The notes beneath the pieces were generated by a model. The model did not search any database. It saw nothing but the letters and a program-made list of their open reading frames with translations, and was not told the DNA's origin. Of a stretch of DNA of 64,000 bases, positions 1-12,416 are shown piece by piece (the stretch's first letter is position 1; each line of letters begins with the position of its first letter). The DNA comes from Flectonema sp. DT1601 (lineage: Eukaryota): the NCBI GenBank assembly GCA_964019425.1, contig OZ025783.1, positions 744,001-808,000 of the forward strand. Reading direction: 5' to 3'. Position numbers and translations under genes: made by a program.

Positions 1-2
1 AA

Positions 3-3000
3 ACAAAACTAGTAAGACACGGTCTGATGGTTGTTGGACCAGCAGGAGTTGGAAAGTCAATGATTTATCTCATGATTTTAAAATCTCTTTGCGACATCGA
101 AGAAAAACTCGGCGGCATGAAACACTCAGAGATGCGTATGAATCCAAAAGCTATCACCGCACCTCAAATGTTTGGAAAGCTTGATGCCGGTACTGGAGAT
201 TGGCACGATGGTATCTTTAGTTCCCTTTGGAGACAGTCATGTGCTAAGACTAAGAAACAAGACGGTAAGAAACCACAATCTGTTTGGTTAGTTTGTGATG
301 GGCCAGTTGATGCTATCTGGATTGAGAACTTAAATACCGTTCTCGATGACAACAAACTTCTCACGTTAGCATCTGGTGACAGACTTAACATGACTGAGAA
401 CATGAAAGTTTGCTTCGAACCAGAAAACTTAAACAACGCCAGTCCAGCTACTGTAAGCCGTGCAGGTATCGTCTACGTATCTGATGCTGAACTCGGTGGA
501 GGTGTTGGAAGAGGAGAATGGAAACCTTGGGATCCAGTAATTAGAGCAAAGCTTTACGCCTGGAGAAAGGAAGAGCGCATCGTTCCAGTTGACTGCCCAA
601 CTATCATGACTAAGGAAATAGCAGACATCTTTATGGGTCTGTATGAGAAATTCGCTGACAGCTGTCTGAAGTTCTACACCAAAGAATGCCTTGTTGTCAT
701 GCACACTGGATTTGCTCATCAATTGATCAACAGTTACTTCTTACTTGCAGCACTACTTGAAGAGACTGATGGTACGCCAAGTAAGTCGGTTGCTGAAAAG
801 TTGTTTTGGTTTTCACTGTCTTGGTCACTCGGTGGTCTTCTGGAGTCCAACGACAGAGAGAAGTTCCATGATGGCTACGTTAGACCGAATTGTAAGTCCG
901 TTCCTGATGAAGACACAATCTTTGAGTACAAAGTTGACGTGAAAGCAGACAAATGGGTTCATTGGAATAACATAACAACTCAATGGAAGTACCCGGGTGA
1001 TCAGAAGATTAGTGAAGACTTCGCAACCTTATTCATCCCAACAGTTGATAGCACCAGATTAAATTATTTAATGCTTCAGAACTTTGTAAACAAAAGACCT
1101 GTTTTACTAATGGGAGGATCAGGAACTGCAAAGACTGTCACAATTGAGAACTTCCTCTTGGGCGTTCCTCAGTGTGAGAGAATCGACACAGAAGTCAGAG
1201 AAATGATGACTCACAAGAAAATTAACTTCTCATTCATGACATCGCCTGGATTGTTCCAAACTGCTCTACAGGACTGCGTAGAAAAACGTCAGGGAAAGTA
1301 CTACGGTCCAAAGAGAAACAAGAAGCTGACGTTATTCATTGACGACACTGCTATGCCTGAAATCAACGAATGGGGTGATCAAATCACCAACGAGATTGTG
1401 CGTCAAGTTATTGAAGAAGGAAGAGTGTACAGTCTTGAGAAACCAGGAGAGTCATTTCATCTGGTTGATATGCAATACGCTGGAGCTATGAGTTTACCAG
1501 GAGGAGGTAAGAATGATATTCCAAACAGACTGAAGAGACATTTCGCAGTCTTCTGTGTCCCTCTACCATCTGATAGTAGTTTACAACAAATCTTTGGTGT
1601 CATTCTCTCAAGTAGATTTCATCAATCAGGTCCTAATGGAAACTACACACAATCGACTATTGATGTCGCTGATCAGATTACCAGAATGTCTATCAGCTTT
1701 TGGAAGAAGATCCAAAACAGAATGCTTCCAACTCCGGCTAAATTCCACTACAACTTTAACTTGAGAGATTTAACGAATATCGTTCAAGGAATCTGTAAAA
1801 CTGAAAGAGCAACAATTCAAGATGAATATAATCTAGTTAACCTCTGGAAGCATGAGTGCTGTAGGGTTTTCAGTGACAAGTTAAATGCTGCTGATGACAA
1901 GGCTTGGTATGATAAGAATGTAAATATGACACTTGGTGAATTCTTAGGAGACGGATTACTCCAACAATGTGAACAACCTACTTATTGGTGTGATTTCTTA
2001 AGAGAAGCTGAGATTGAAGACGATGATCAAGACGCTGTAATGGAAGCTCCAAGAATTTATGAAGCAGTTGAATCGATGACTCAACTTCGTGAGAAACTTG
2101 AAGTTCGAATGTCTCGTTATAACGAAGCCTCAGAAAATAAAACTCGCAAACTAACTCTGGTTCTCTTCGACGCAGCCATCAAACACATTATTCGTATCGT
2201 AAGAGTTCTTTCAACAAAGAGAGGAAATATCCTTCTTGTTGGTGTTGGTGGTTCTGGTAAGCAATCGTTAACGAGATTATCAGCTGCTATTCACGGATAC
2301 AAAACATTTCAAATAACCGTATCTAAGACATATGGAGTTAATCAACTATTTGATGATCTCAGAGAACAATACACTTACGCAGGTACAAAGGGAAGTGTTT
2401 GTTTTGTCTTTACTGACAACGAGATTAAATCGGAAGCTTTCTTGGAATACATTAACGGATTCCTGTCGTCTGGTGAAATCCCAGGACTGTACTCAACTGA
2501 TGAGAAAGACTCTGCTATTAACGACATTAGATTAACTGCTAAAAAGGAAAGTGGTAAAGACTTCCAAGACACAGGAGACTGGCTCTGGCGTTTCTTCGTA
2601 AACCGCGTCCGATCAAATCTTCACTTCTGTCTTTGCATGTCTCCTGTTGGAGAGAAATTTAGAACACGTGCGAGGAAGTTTCCATCTTTAATTTCTGGAT
2701 GTGTAATCAATTGGTTCTTTCCATGGCCTGAAGCAGCTTTACTCGACGTATCAAAACAACGTATGGAAACATTTAGAATGGAAACTGATCAACAAACAAA
2801 ACAACGTCTCATGGAGTTCATGGCTGCTCTTCATAGACTGATGCTTCAAATGAGTGAAGAGTACTTTACGAGATTTAGAAGATCTGTTTTCTCAACTCCA
2901 AAGTCGTACCTGTCGTTTCTGGAGTCGTACTTAGTTGTGTACCAAGAAAAGTTTCAACAAATTAATGTTTTAGCTGAAAATATTGGAGGAGGACTAAAGA

Positions 3001-6000
3001 AGCTTCACCAGGCTGGAGAAGATGTTCGGTTGATGAAGATCAACCTCGCGGAGAAGGAAGTTAACCTTCAACATGCGACTAAGGAAACTGACGCACTTCT
3101 GTTAGAAATCACTGAAGCAACTGGTGTCGCTGAGAAGAAGGAATCTGAAGTCGGTGCAGTAAAAGAAATGCTTTCAAGAGATGCTCAAAAAGTTCAAGCA
3201 GTCAAAGATGACGCAGAACAAGACCTGTTACTCGCACAACCCATGTTGGAAGCAGCTAATAAAGCTTTGGATTCTATTGATCCGAAGGCTCTTCAAAACG
3301 TTAAGAAGTTGTCAAACCCACCCGCCTTAGTCAAACGTATCCTTGACGGTGTCTGCATCCTACTTCATGATCCAATTGAGAATAAACATTGTGAAGCCGT
3401 ACCTGAAAAGGGAGGTAATTGGATTAAAGATTCCTGGGAAGCAGGAAGAAGATTCTTATCTGACATGAAAGCTATCGACAGGCTGGTTGCATTTAAGTCC
3501 CTCGATGAGGGTGGTGTTGGAAGAAAGGATCAAATCAACGAAGAAACATGTGAATTACTTCTACCTTACCTTTACATGGAAGCATGGAGTCCCGAACAGG
3601 CAACAAAGTCTGCAAAGGATGTTGCAGGATTGTGTATGTGGGTACGAGCGATGTACGACTACATTGGAATCGCGAAGTTCGTTCAACCAAAGATGGAAGC
3701 CCTTCGTGAAGCTGAAGCGCAGCTGAGAATTGCTAACAGAAAACTTGATGAGAAGGAAGCAGAATTACAACTTGTTCAGGAGGACCGTTCCAAGTGTCAG
3801 TCAAAGCTTGACTCTGCAAAGGCAAAGAAGCAGGCCCTTGAGGATGATGCACTCGCCACAAAGAAGAGAATGGACGCAGCTAACGGTCTTATTGATGCAC
3901 TTTCTGGAGAACGTGAACGTTGGACACAACAGTCAAACGAATTTAAAGAACGTGTTCGCAGACTAGTTGGTGACGTGGCTTTGAGTTGTGCCTTCATATC
4001 CTACTGTGGACCATTCAATGCAGAATTCAGACACACACTTCTTAATGATCACTACTATAATATGTGTTTAAAGCTTAAGATTCCAGTAACTGAAAATATT
4101 TCTGTTGTAAAGTTCTTAACCACAGAATCACAGATTACTGACTGGCAGATTGAAGGACTTCCAAGTGATGATCACTCTGTTCAGAATGCTATTATGATTA
4201 CTTCAAACTTGAATAATAAGAAGACTGGTAAGTTCCCCTTAATCATCGATCCGCAAGGACAGGGACTTAAGTGGTTGCGATCACGTTATTCAGAAGGAGT
4301 TATTGTAACTCAATTTACTGACAAGAAATTTGGAGACCACCTCGCAAGACAACTTCAAGACGGAAAATGTGTAATTGTTGAAAACTGCACCGAAGAAATC
4401 GATCCACTGATTGATCCTGTTCTTGACAAGGCTATCGTTAGATTGGGTAGAATGCAGAATATTATGATAAATGATAAACCTCATGACTATGATGATGGTT
4501 TCAAGTTAGTGATGACTACAAGATTACCAAATCCATTGTTCACACCTGAACTCTTTGCAAAGACTCTCGTAATAGATATGACTGTAACAATGCATGGTTT
4601 AGAACAACAGTTACTCGGTCAGGTCATCGGAAAAGAAAAACGAGAACTGGAAGAGGAACGTTCTAAACTTATTGAAGAAGTCAACGACAACGAAAAACGA
4701 CTCAAAGAGTTTGAGGACAGATTGCTGGCACAGTTAGCAGCTTCGAAGGGAAATTTAATTGATGACGACGATTTGATTGCAACGTTGGCAGACGCCAAGA
4801 AAGCATCTGCAGAAATTAAAGAGAAGCTGGCAGTTGCCCAAGAGACTCGCAAGCGTATCAACAGCGCCTCTGAGGAATATCGTCCAGTGGCTCTTCGTGG
4901 ATCAGTTCTGTACTTCTTAGTAGTTGATATGACTAATGTGTCAAATATGTATCAAACATCTCTACCGCAGTTTTTAGGATTGTTCCACGACGCTATCAGA
5001 AATTCTGAAAAAGCTCAATTAACAGCCAAGAGAATCACAAATATCATCAACTTGATGACTAAAGTAGTATTTGAATATATGACTAGAGGCTTATTCTCTG
5101 CTCATCGTCTCTTATTCGTCCTGACTATGGCTTGTAAAATTAAGCTTCACTGCAGAGACAACACCAAACTGCCTCACGAAGCATTCCAAACCCTTCTAAA
5201 GGGAGGAGCAGCGTTGAGTATTAATGAAGCCAGAGTAAAGCCATTTCAGTGGCTTCCTGACAAGGCTTGGTTGAATGTGATTGCGTTGTCTGAAGGAGCG
5301 CCAAAGGCGTTTAAGATGTTGCCAGACTACGTTGGAAGGTCAGAAAGAGCTTGGAGAGAGTGGTATGATATTGAAAGTCCTGAGGCTGCTCCAGTTCCTG
5401 AAATTGACGACAAGTTGGAACCATTTGATAGACTCCTCGTAGTCCGGGCTCTCCGTGAAGATCGCGCTATGTTGGCTGCTCTCAACTACGTCGGTTCTAT
5501 CCTCGGAAGGGATTTTGCAGAGCCCCTGCAACTCGATTTTGAACAGGTAATCGAAACAACAAGTGGGCTGACTCCAATAATATTCTTATTATCTCAGGGT
5601 TCTGATCCGTCAGCTCTTATTGAAGCATCTGCAAAGAAACGTAAGAAGCAAATTATTCCTCAGGGAGGTATCTCCATGGGACAGGGTCAAGAACAAGCAG
5701 CTATGGATGCGACGCTGGCATCCTTTGCTGGTTCAGGTGAGTGGGCGCTTCTACAGAACTGTCACTTGGGACTCAAATTCTTAGCAGACTTGGAAGACGT
5801 TCTTGTTAAGGTAGACCCTGAGACTGTTGGGGAGGAAGCTCGAGTTCTAATTACTAGCGAACCACACGCAAAGTTCCCAATTGGTCTCCTACAAATGTCT
5901 ATTAAGCTAACCAACGAACCCCCACCTGGTATTAAGGCTGGTATTAAAAGAAGTTACGGATGGTTTAATCAAGAAATGTTAGACTCCTACAGACGACCTG

Positions 6001-7406
6001 AATGGCGACCGATGTTATTCGCGCAATGTTTTATCCACTCGAATGTTGTAGAGCGTCGTAAGTTTGGTCCTATCGGATTTTGTATACCTTATGAGTTTAA
6101 TCAAGGTGATTGGCAGGCTAGTGTTCAATTTCTTCAAAACCACATGGCAGCTATTGGTGATGATGTTAAAAAAGGAGCACAAGTTAGTTGGATTACAATT
6201 CGTTACATGATTTCAGAAATTCAATACGGAGGTAGAATCACTGACAACAAAGACAGAGTAATGTTCAACACGATATGTGAAGTTTGTATGAACGACAGAA
6301 TCTTAACACCAGATTATCGATTCTATACCTTCCCAGGTGGTAATGTTGGTTATGGAATACCAACATTTGAAGAATACGCAAAACATAAAGAGTACTTAGA
6401 TTCATATCCAGAGGTTGATCCTCCAGAAGTGTTTGGACTTCACAGTAATGCAGATATCATTTACAGAACAAGACAATCACAATTAACACTCGGAACTATC
6501 TTAGAAATCCAACCTCGAGGTGTTTCAGGAGGTTCTGGTAAGTCACCTGATGAAATAGTAATCGAAATGTCAGACGACTTCCTAAAGAGACTTCCGAACG
6601 ATTGGAAAATGGACGTCGTCCGTGACCTCATGAAGAAAATCGACGACAAGAAACCTCTCAACATCTTCTGCAGGCAAGAGATTGAGCGTTTGAACGTCTG
6701 CATCAAACTAATCAGAACTACACTAAAGGATTTAAAATTAGCCATTGCAGGTATAGTAGTGATGTCTGCTCACTTACAAGAAGCGAGAGATCATTTGTAT
6801 GATGCGAAGGTACCTCCAAAGTGGGTGGTGGTCTCATGGCCGTCACCAACAATGGGTCTTTGGTTTGAGGAAGTCTTAACAAGACAAAAACAACTTAATA
6901 GTTGGTGCACAGAAGATAGGCCTCCAAAGTATTGGTTAACTGGATTCTATAACCCACAGGGTTTCCTTACATCTGTACGACAAGAAGTAACGAGAGCTCA
7001 TAAAGGAGAGGGTTGGGCACTTGATGATGTCGTTCTGCGAACTGAAGTTCAAAAGTTTGAAAAACACGAAGTAGACCGTGCACCACCAGAAGGAGTCTAC
7101 GTCTATGGTTTATACCTAGAAGGAGCTGGTTGGGACAAGTTACGTCAACGTCTTAAGGACCCTCTTCCAAAAGAAAGTCCAAAAGAACTCCCTGTATTGT
7201 TTGTAACAGCTGTCCAAGGAGAAGACGGTAAAAAGCAACCAGGACAACGTGGTAATAAACAAGCTGTTAACAAGTTTGATTGCCCCGTCTACAAGTACCC
7301 AAGGAGAAATGATATTAATTGGGTGTTTGATGTTCAGCTTAGCTGTGAAGAGGAAAAACACCACTGGCAGCTTCGTGGAGCTTGCCTTCTTTGCACTATT
7401 GACTAA
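3..7406 (+). CDS. Axonemal outer-arm dynein heavy chain (gamma / DNAH5-DNAH8 type), 5'-truncated by the window edge
   Basis: The frame is open from base 3 (TKLVRHGLMVVGPAGVGKS, AAA2 P-loop). Further motifs: DGIFSSLWR, WIENLNTVLDDNKLLTL, GGSGTAKT (AAA3), LPTPAKFHYNFNLRDL, GVGGSGKQSL (AAA4), coiled-coil stalk, SMGQGQ, LQNCHL, QYGGRITD, GWALD, C-terminal CPVYK...W.LRG. No intron seen. Confidence 0.95.
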   Translation, partial: TKLVRHGLMVVGPAGVGKSMIYLMILKSLCDIEEKLGGMKHSEMRMNPKAITAPQMFGKLDAGTGDWHDGIFSSLWRQSCAKTKKQDGKKPQSVWLVCDGPVDAIWIENLNTVLDDNKLLTLASGDRLNMTENMKVCFEPENLNNASPATVSRAGIVYVSDAELGGGVGRGEWKPWDPVIRAKLYAWRKEERIVPVDCPTIMTKEIADIFMGLYEKFADSCLKFYTKECLVVMHTGFAHQLINSYFLLAALLEETDGTPSKSVAEKLFWFSLSWSLGGLLESNDREKFHDGYVRPNCKSVPDEDTIFEYKVDVKADKWVHWNNITTQWKYPGDQKISEDFATLFIPTVDSTRLNYLMLQNFVNKRPVLLMGGSGTAKTVTIENFLLGVPQCERIDTEVREMMTHKKINFSFMTSPGLFQTALQDCVEKRQGKYYGPKRNKKLTLFIDDTAMPEINEWGDQITNEIVRQVIEEGRVYSLEKPGESFHLVDMQYAGAMSLPGGGKNDIPNRLKRHFAVFCVPLPSDSSLQQIFGVILSSRFHQSGPNGNYTQSTIDVADQITRMSISFWKKIQNRMLPTPAKFHYNFNLRDLTNIVQGICKTERATIQDEYNLVNLWKHECCRVFSDKLNAADDKAWYDKNVNMTLGEFLGDGLLQQCEQPTYWCDFLREAEIEDDDQDAVMEAPRIYEAVESMTQLREKLEVRMSRYNEASENKTRKLTLVLFDAAIKHIIRIVRVLSTKRGNILLVGVGGSGKQSLTRLSAAIHGYKTFQITVSKTYGVNQLFDDLREQYTYAGTKGSVCFVFTDNEIKSEAFLEYINGFLSSGEIPGLYSTDEKDSAINDIRLTAKKESGKDFQDTGDWLWRFFVNRVRSNLHFCLCMSPVGEKFRTRARKFPSLISGCVINWFFPWPEAALLDVSKQRMETFRMETDQQTKQRLMEFMAALHRLMLQMSEEYFTRFRRSVFSTPKSYLSFLESYLVVYQEKFQQINVLAENIGGGLKKLHQAGEDVRLMKINLAEKEVNLQHATKETDALLLEITEATGVAEKKESEVGAVKEMLSRDAQKVQAVKDDAEQDLLLAQPMLEAANKALDSIDPKALQNVKKLSNPPALVKRILDGVCILLHDPIENKHCEAVPEKGGNWIKDSWEAGRRFLSDMKAIDRLVAFKSLDEGGVGRKDQINEETCELLLPYLYMEAWSPEQATKSAKDVAGLCMWVRAMYDYIGIAKFVQPKMEALREAEAQLRIANRKLDEKEAELQLVQEDRSKCQSKLDSAKAKKQALEDDALATKKRMDAANGLIDALSGERERWTQQSNEFKERVRRLVGDVALSCAFISYCGPFNAEFRHTLLNDHYYNMCLKLKIPVTENISVVKFLTTESQITDWQIEGLPSDDHSVQNAIMITSNLNNKKTGKFPLIIDPQGQGLKWLRSRYSEGVIVTQFTDKKFGDHLARQLQDGKCVIVENCTEEIDPLIDPVLDKAIVRLGRMQNIMINDKPHDYDDGFKLVMTTRLPNPLFTPELFAKTLVIDMTVTMHGLEQQLLGQVIGKEKRELEEERSKLIEEVNDNEKRLKEFEDRLLAQLAASKGNLIDDDDLIATLADAKKASAEIKEKLAVAQETRKRINSASEEYRPVALRGSVLYFLVVDMTNVSNMYQTSLPQFLGLFHDAIRNSEKAQLTAKRITNIINLMTKVVFEYMTRGLFSAHRLLFVLTMACKIKLHCRDNTKLPHEAFQTLLKGGAALSINEARVKPFQWLPDKAWLNVIALSEGAPKAFKMLPDYVGRSERAWREWYDIESPEAAPVPEIDDKLEPFDRLLVVRALREDRAMLAALNYVGSILGRDFAEPLQLDFEQVIETTSGLTPIIFLLSQGSDPSALIEASAKKRKKQIIPQGGISMGQGQEQAAMDATLASFAGSGEWALLQNCHLGLKFLADLEDVLVKVDPETVGEEARVLITSEPHAKFPIGLLQMSIKLTNEPPPGIKAGIKRSYGWFNQEMLDSYRRPEWRPMLFAQCFIHSNVVERRKFGPIGFCIPYEFNQGDWQASVQFLQNHMAAIGDDVKKGAQVSWITIRYMISEIQYGGRITDNKDRVMFNTICEVCMNDRILTPDYRFYTFPGGNVGYGIPTFEEYAKHKEYLDSYPEVDPPEVFGLHSNADIIYRTRQSQLTLGTILEIQPRGVSGGSGKSPDEIVIEMSDDFLKRLPNDWKMDVVRDLMKKIDDKKPLNIFCRQEIERLNVCIKLIRTTLKDLKLAIAGIVVMSAHLQEARDHLYDAKVPPKWVVVSWPSPTMGLWFEEVLTRQKQLNSWCTEDRPPKYWLTGFYNPQGFLTSVRQEVTRAHKGEGWALDDVVLRTEVQKFEKHEVDRAPPEGVYVYGLYLEGAGWDKLRQRLKDPLPKESPKELPVLFVTAVQGEDGKKQPGQRGNKQAVNKFDCPVYKYPRRNDINWVFDVQLSCEEEKHHWQLRGACLLCTID

Positions 7407-8361
7407 ACTGTTATTTACACGTTTTCCTTTTTTTCGAGGAATTTTAGTTTACTCCAAAACTCTTCGGATTGAAATTCTTTTTTTTTGCTTCTCTTTTTCT
7501 TTTTTGAAGCTTGTCCTTTATTTCTACCGACTCTACACTTATATTGCTGTTCGTGGTCCCCTCCCTGTCCATTGTAATCCGTCACGGAGTTATGATTTTC
7601 TGTTATTTGGAACTATTGACTCCCTTATTATTTACCCAAATGTTTTTTTTTTTTTTTTTTTTTTTACATTATGTCAGCTAAGGAGTTGTTTTTTGTTTCT
7701 GTCGCAAACAGATGTTCAACTATCTTACATTGAACTCGAAAATGGTATAAACAGCTCTGGAAATTACATTCTAGGGAGATTAACCTTTTTTTTTATTTTT
7801 TTTTATACCCCTCTTTTAAGAATTAAAAATAATAATAATAAAACAGAAGAAGTCCTTTTTCCCATTGATTTTGTTAATAATTGTTGTCTATTTACTTTAC
7901 CCTCCACGTTCACTTACCCTCATCCCATTAAAGAGAGACGCTGCGTTGTGTACGCGTCTCGTACTAGAATAGCAGAAAGAAAATAATTTAATTATAATCA
8001 GCAAAGTAACAGTGCTTACTGCAGAATAAGTACTATTTTTTCTTCTTTTTTTTTGAGATTTTCTTTTCATATTCCTTCGTTTGAAAATTCTAAATGTTCG
8101 GAAATTCTTTTCCGCAACGAAATGTTTTCACCTCCCATTTTTAATTTTCTTTTTTTTTTTTTTTTCTGTAGTAAAGTACACTTTTTTTTTTGTTTGAATA
8201 TCTTTTTAACTTTATTGGGTTTCATATTATTTAGTTGTGACCTGTGTTCCTCATCTCATCTTTTGTCAGTCCACAGACACCACAATGAGCAGAGTTAGAG
8301 TACACCTTTTCAATAAATTATAATCTGATTTGTATCTCAACATAGTTTCTATAACACAACA

Positions 8362-8958
8362 ATGGTCGCTTCTACTGAACCGGTCTTGAAGCAGCTCACT
8401 CATTTCTTCTACACGAGGCTTGTAAAGAAGAAGGAAAGAAAAACTGATCCTTGGCAAGAGCCACACAGCGATCTTGTGAGATGTATCGAAGAGTTTAAAA
8501 TGTTAGTTGCTATCCCTCTCGCTGCTGCAGACAAAGGTGTATCGTTGGAAGCAAGTCTTTGGGAAGAAGCTTGCGAGATGTTTAGTGATAAATGGATATC
8601 AATTACTCATTGGATTTGCCCTGTAAGACTTGTTGAGTATATGGGTGAGTTGGATATCTCGTGGGTAGGCGAACTCAATGAGCGACGAAAGACTCCACCG
8701 AGATCGTTCCTTCGTAAGAAGGAAAAGAAAACAAAAAATGAAGTCTCAGTCAGTGGAATCCCTAAATTTGCCTGCGAAGATTGCGTCGTAGTTTGCAATT
8801 CTGAAGCACAAATTCACAGTCACATGAATGGTGTGAAGCACAAGGAATGTTTAAAATTATGTGTACGAGAAGAGACATACACAGACGAAGGACTACGAGA
8901 CCTCCTATCATCACTCGCAGTATGCTATCCCAACAGATGTATTCATACGAATGTGTAA
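8362..8958 (+). CDS. Small protein with a matrin/U1-type C2H2 zinc finger
   Basis: 198-aa ORF with coding-like composition; motif CEDCVVVCNSEAQIHSHMNGVKH (C-x2-C-x12-H-x5-H); start context caacaATG. Confidence 0.7.
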   Translation: MVASTEPVLKQLTHFFYTRLVKKKERKTDPWQEPHSDLVRCIEEFKMLVAIPLAAADKGVSLEASLWEEACEMFSDKWISITHWICPVRLVEYMGELDISWVGELNERRKTPPRSFLRKKEKKTKNEVSVSGIPKFACEDCVVVCNSEAQIHSHMNGVKHKECLKLCVREETYTDEGLRDLLSSLAVCYPNRCIHTNV

Positions 8959-11710
8959 TAGTGTTCCCTTAAATAGGTTCCCAAGGCACTAGCCTCGTAT
9001 ATTATTAAATTACGCTCTGTGCAGGGGCTGTCTATTCTATGTAACTAGTACCACTGTGTATTGTTACCCGTTACTTTTTCCTTTCCTCTCTCTTCACTAA
9101 CCGTAAAGTAATACGGTAGTGCATAAAGTTTATTTATACTGGGCAACAAGTTGCGTGCTTCTACGCGACTAGCTTTTTCGTTATTTTTTGTTGTTTTTTT
9201 TCTCCCCCCCCCTTGAGCTTGATAGCACAGTATCAATTTCCCACCTTTTCTTTCTCCACGGACCAAAGCTATTGAAAGAGAGTCGGCGCGTGTCGGCCAC
9301 AAGAAGTTTGTTCTTTTTGGCTGTGTAGTGACAGTCAAAATATTATTTTATCTCTGTTGTGGAATAGGAGGGTTTTACTTCTTTCTTTTTTTTAAGTAAG
9401 AATATTACGAAAGTATATTGTGTTTGAAGTGGGATTTCATTAATCCCATTTTCGTTACAGACTTACCAGCGGAATAGTATTGCGGTTCTTGAATTGTATG
9501 ACCATTTATGTTGTTGTCAAAACGTGTGGCCCCACCTCCCCGACAATGGCAGTGAAAACAGTTCAAGTAGTCTGATACACTGAGGTCATATTAATTGAAT
9601 TCGAATTTTCTTTTTTATCTCTCCATTTATCAGTTGCAGCATCACATTGCAAAAAGAAAAAAAAAAAAAAAAAAACGAAATTTCTTGACTTGAAAGGTAA
9701 GTAACTAACAAATCTCATATGCTAACAAAGGTTTTGCCGCGTGCTCTCTTGTCGGTAAGGGGGAACTTCGACTGTCAAAACTTGTTTTTTGTTTTACCGC
9801 CTTTTGGAAAAGCAATCAGTTTTTTTTTTTTTTTTTTTCATTTTGTTGTGCTCAGCCTTTTTTTGTTTTGTTTTTTCTTTCGTTCTGTCAAACTTATTTA
9901 AAAAAAATAAAAAATACACTACTCCCCATTTTTTCAACTGATTCTCTCTCTTTCTTTTTCCGATGCAATGCACGGCGTCCAACATGGTTATTGCTGGTGT
10001 CGTTGCAAAATCGAACTGGCTGTTTCACTCGGTCGGACAAATACGTTTATGGGATTCACCACTGCGTTATCTATTCCGTTGTACAAGTTACTGCCGAGGG
10101 TAAATGAGTCGGAAAGAAGGGAAAGACGAAAGATTTCCTTTTTCTTTTAAAAATTTTAATTTTATTCTTATAAAAATGAAAGCAAATAAACCGATTGACG
10201 AATAGAAGGACAGTGTTCCTAACCCAAGCTGGAGTATGCAACTATGTAGCTACAATAGTGAAGCAAGACATGTGAAGGATTATTCATTGCGACAGAACGT
10301 GTACATAGACTTGGTTACTGGCTTTGGCATGTTGTCTTTAAGGACCTGTTTTTCTTTCTTTCCGGAAGTTTGGGAATTATTGACGCACTAGCAAGAGCCA
10401 TAGAAAAAAAAAAGGAAATTCAATAACAGTATCAATTTATCCTCTCCCCCCAAAAAATATAATTTACACTCTGAGGTGGTGTTTTAGTGACATTAAAAAA
10501 AAAAAAAAAAAAAAAAAAAAAGTCAAACTATTTCCCTACTCACAGTTTAATAAGGTACTTTCTTAAAAAAAAATAATTACTGTTTTTGCATTGTCAAAAA
10601 TGGCACTCCCTTTCTCCTACCCGCCAACGTGGTTTTTTTTTTTTTTTTTTTTTTATAACAGACCTAAAAAAGAAATTACTCATTTGGAAAGAATCATGAT
10701 GCATGCAATGTGGGCAACGTGTTGTCCACTGGCCTATCGGTTATTCAAGTGATATTTTCTTTTTTCTGTTTCTTTTTTTATATACGGGACCACATTGGGG
10801 GACCCTACTACTCGATCGCATGACCAAATTGCGATATACTTCTGAATTACCTTTTGTTGCAGCGCGCTATCGATGTTTTAGCAACTTGATCAGCTATCTA
10901 GTCTGTTTAACTTTGCAATAAATCGTAATTCTGCATTACATCAGTATTTCTTTATAATTATTTTTTTAGTTTTTGTTTTGTTGGCCTTTTTTCCCCTTTT
11001 TGTGTGAAGATTAAAAAAAGAATATTTGCAGCACAGCAATCTTTTTTTAAACTCACCAGTCTGGTTTGGGTTTTTGATTTTCTACGGTCTACCTGGATTA
11101 TGTTATGCAAGTAGCAATTCTTACCACGAATTCATAAAGTTGTTTGCCTAACATGTGATGGTAGGCTTTTGAAGGTCGGCGTTCTGTGAGTGACTGCAAT
11201 CGCTCTCTTTTTTTTTTTTTTTTTTTGTAAAAAATTGAAGAGGGGAAATTTTTAGCTGTAGTAGTGTCCCTATCCTTTTTTTTTTCTTTTGTTTTCTTTC
11301 CTCTTTTGCTTTTGTTCCCCTTTTTAATATCTCTAGTTGCCAAAAAAAAAAAAAAAAAACGTATTTGCATTTCTGACTATTCACTTTCAAATTAGCCGCC
11401 TGGAGACCCCGTTCGCCTGAGAGAGAGAAGTTGATTTGATTTGTTTGTGAACAGAAATAAGTATTCACATTGGTTACATCAGATGCGTGTTGTGCAGTTA
11501 TGGTATTGTCTCCCTCCCGAACTTTTTATTTTTTGTTTTAAGATTCTGAGTTGAGATGAAAAACGTATTGCTCTCTCATAATGATAAAACACACTTTTTA
11601 TAACAAAAATCTCGGGAAGTGGATTCAATGGTTATTTTTCACCTTCCCATCTTCATAATATATAATTATGTGATGTATTACAGACTAGAGATGGTTAGCT
11701 TCGTCGCTGA

Positions 11711-11745
<35 letters not shown>

Positions 11746-11869
11746 CCTTTTTGTGTACAAAAAAATGAGTTTTACACTGTTAGCTTACAAAATTCATTCC
11801 CGCTACTGTATGGAGATGACATTGTGAGTTGTATGTAGGCTACGTGTGGTGATAGAATTCATATTTCTT

Positions 11870-12200
11870 ACTGTCCAAACCCCTTCTGCAGATTGTCATC
11901 CTTACTTAGCCTATGAGCTCCTGGAGTTTGGCTTTCCTGACTTCATTTATTGCGTAATGGTTGACATGTTTCTCTTATTTTTAGATTTGAGTATATTACA
12001 GTTTCTTTCTATCAAGTTTATTGTCTCTTCATGTTTTATAACTGGCCAAGGTTTGAAGCTGAATCATGATGAGGATATGTCCGTAAGAACTATGATTTTT
12101 CCTCCGCTAGACCTTCCTTGAGAAGGTTGGCTATGCTTGTTTTCACAAAGAATTTCTCAAGCTTAGCAGCACAGCCGCAGCTCAGAATACGCATTTTACA
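11870..12200 (-). mobile_element. Probable decayed non-LTR retrotransposon fragment (RNase H-like)
   Basis: The minus strand gives, across frameshifts and stops, ...CGCAAKLEK..., KIIVLTD and MIQLQT..P. From memory these resemble the C-x4-E and (I/V)x(T/S)DS...LQTGP motifs of ingi-clade RNase H. Heavily degenerate. Confidence 0.35.
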
Positions 12201-12416
12201 TCCCTGCAGATGCAGGGTTCGGAGTTGTGGAAAAAAAAACCAAAAAAAAAAAACAGTAGTCGTATTGTAATTACTAGCTTTTTTTTTTTTTGTTTTTTTT
12301 TTTTCCTTCACGCAGACTGGGAATACCTTTATGAACATGTATTGGAATATTGTTATTTTTTTTTGTAAATTCTCTTTTGTTTTCATTAACAGCAACGTAA
12401 CTTTTTTTTTCCAAAA

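Noticed and set aside
7249..7986. 245-aa ORF overlapping the dynein stop
   Set aside because: Non-ATG start and poly-Phe from T tracts; it reads as 3' UTR sequence.
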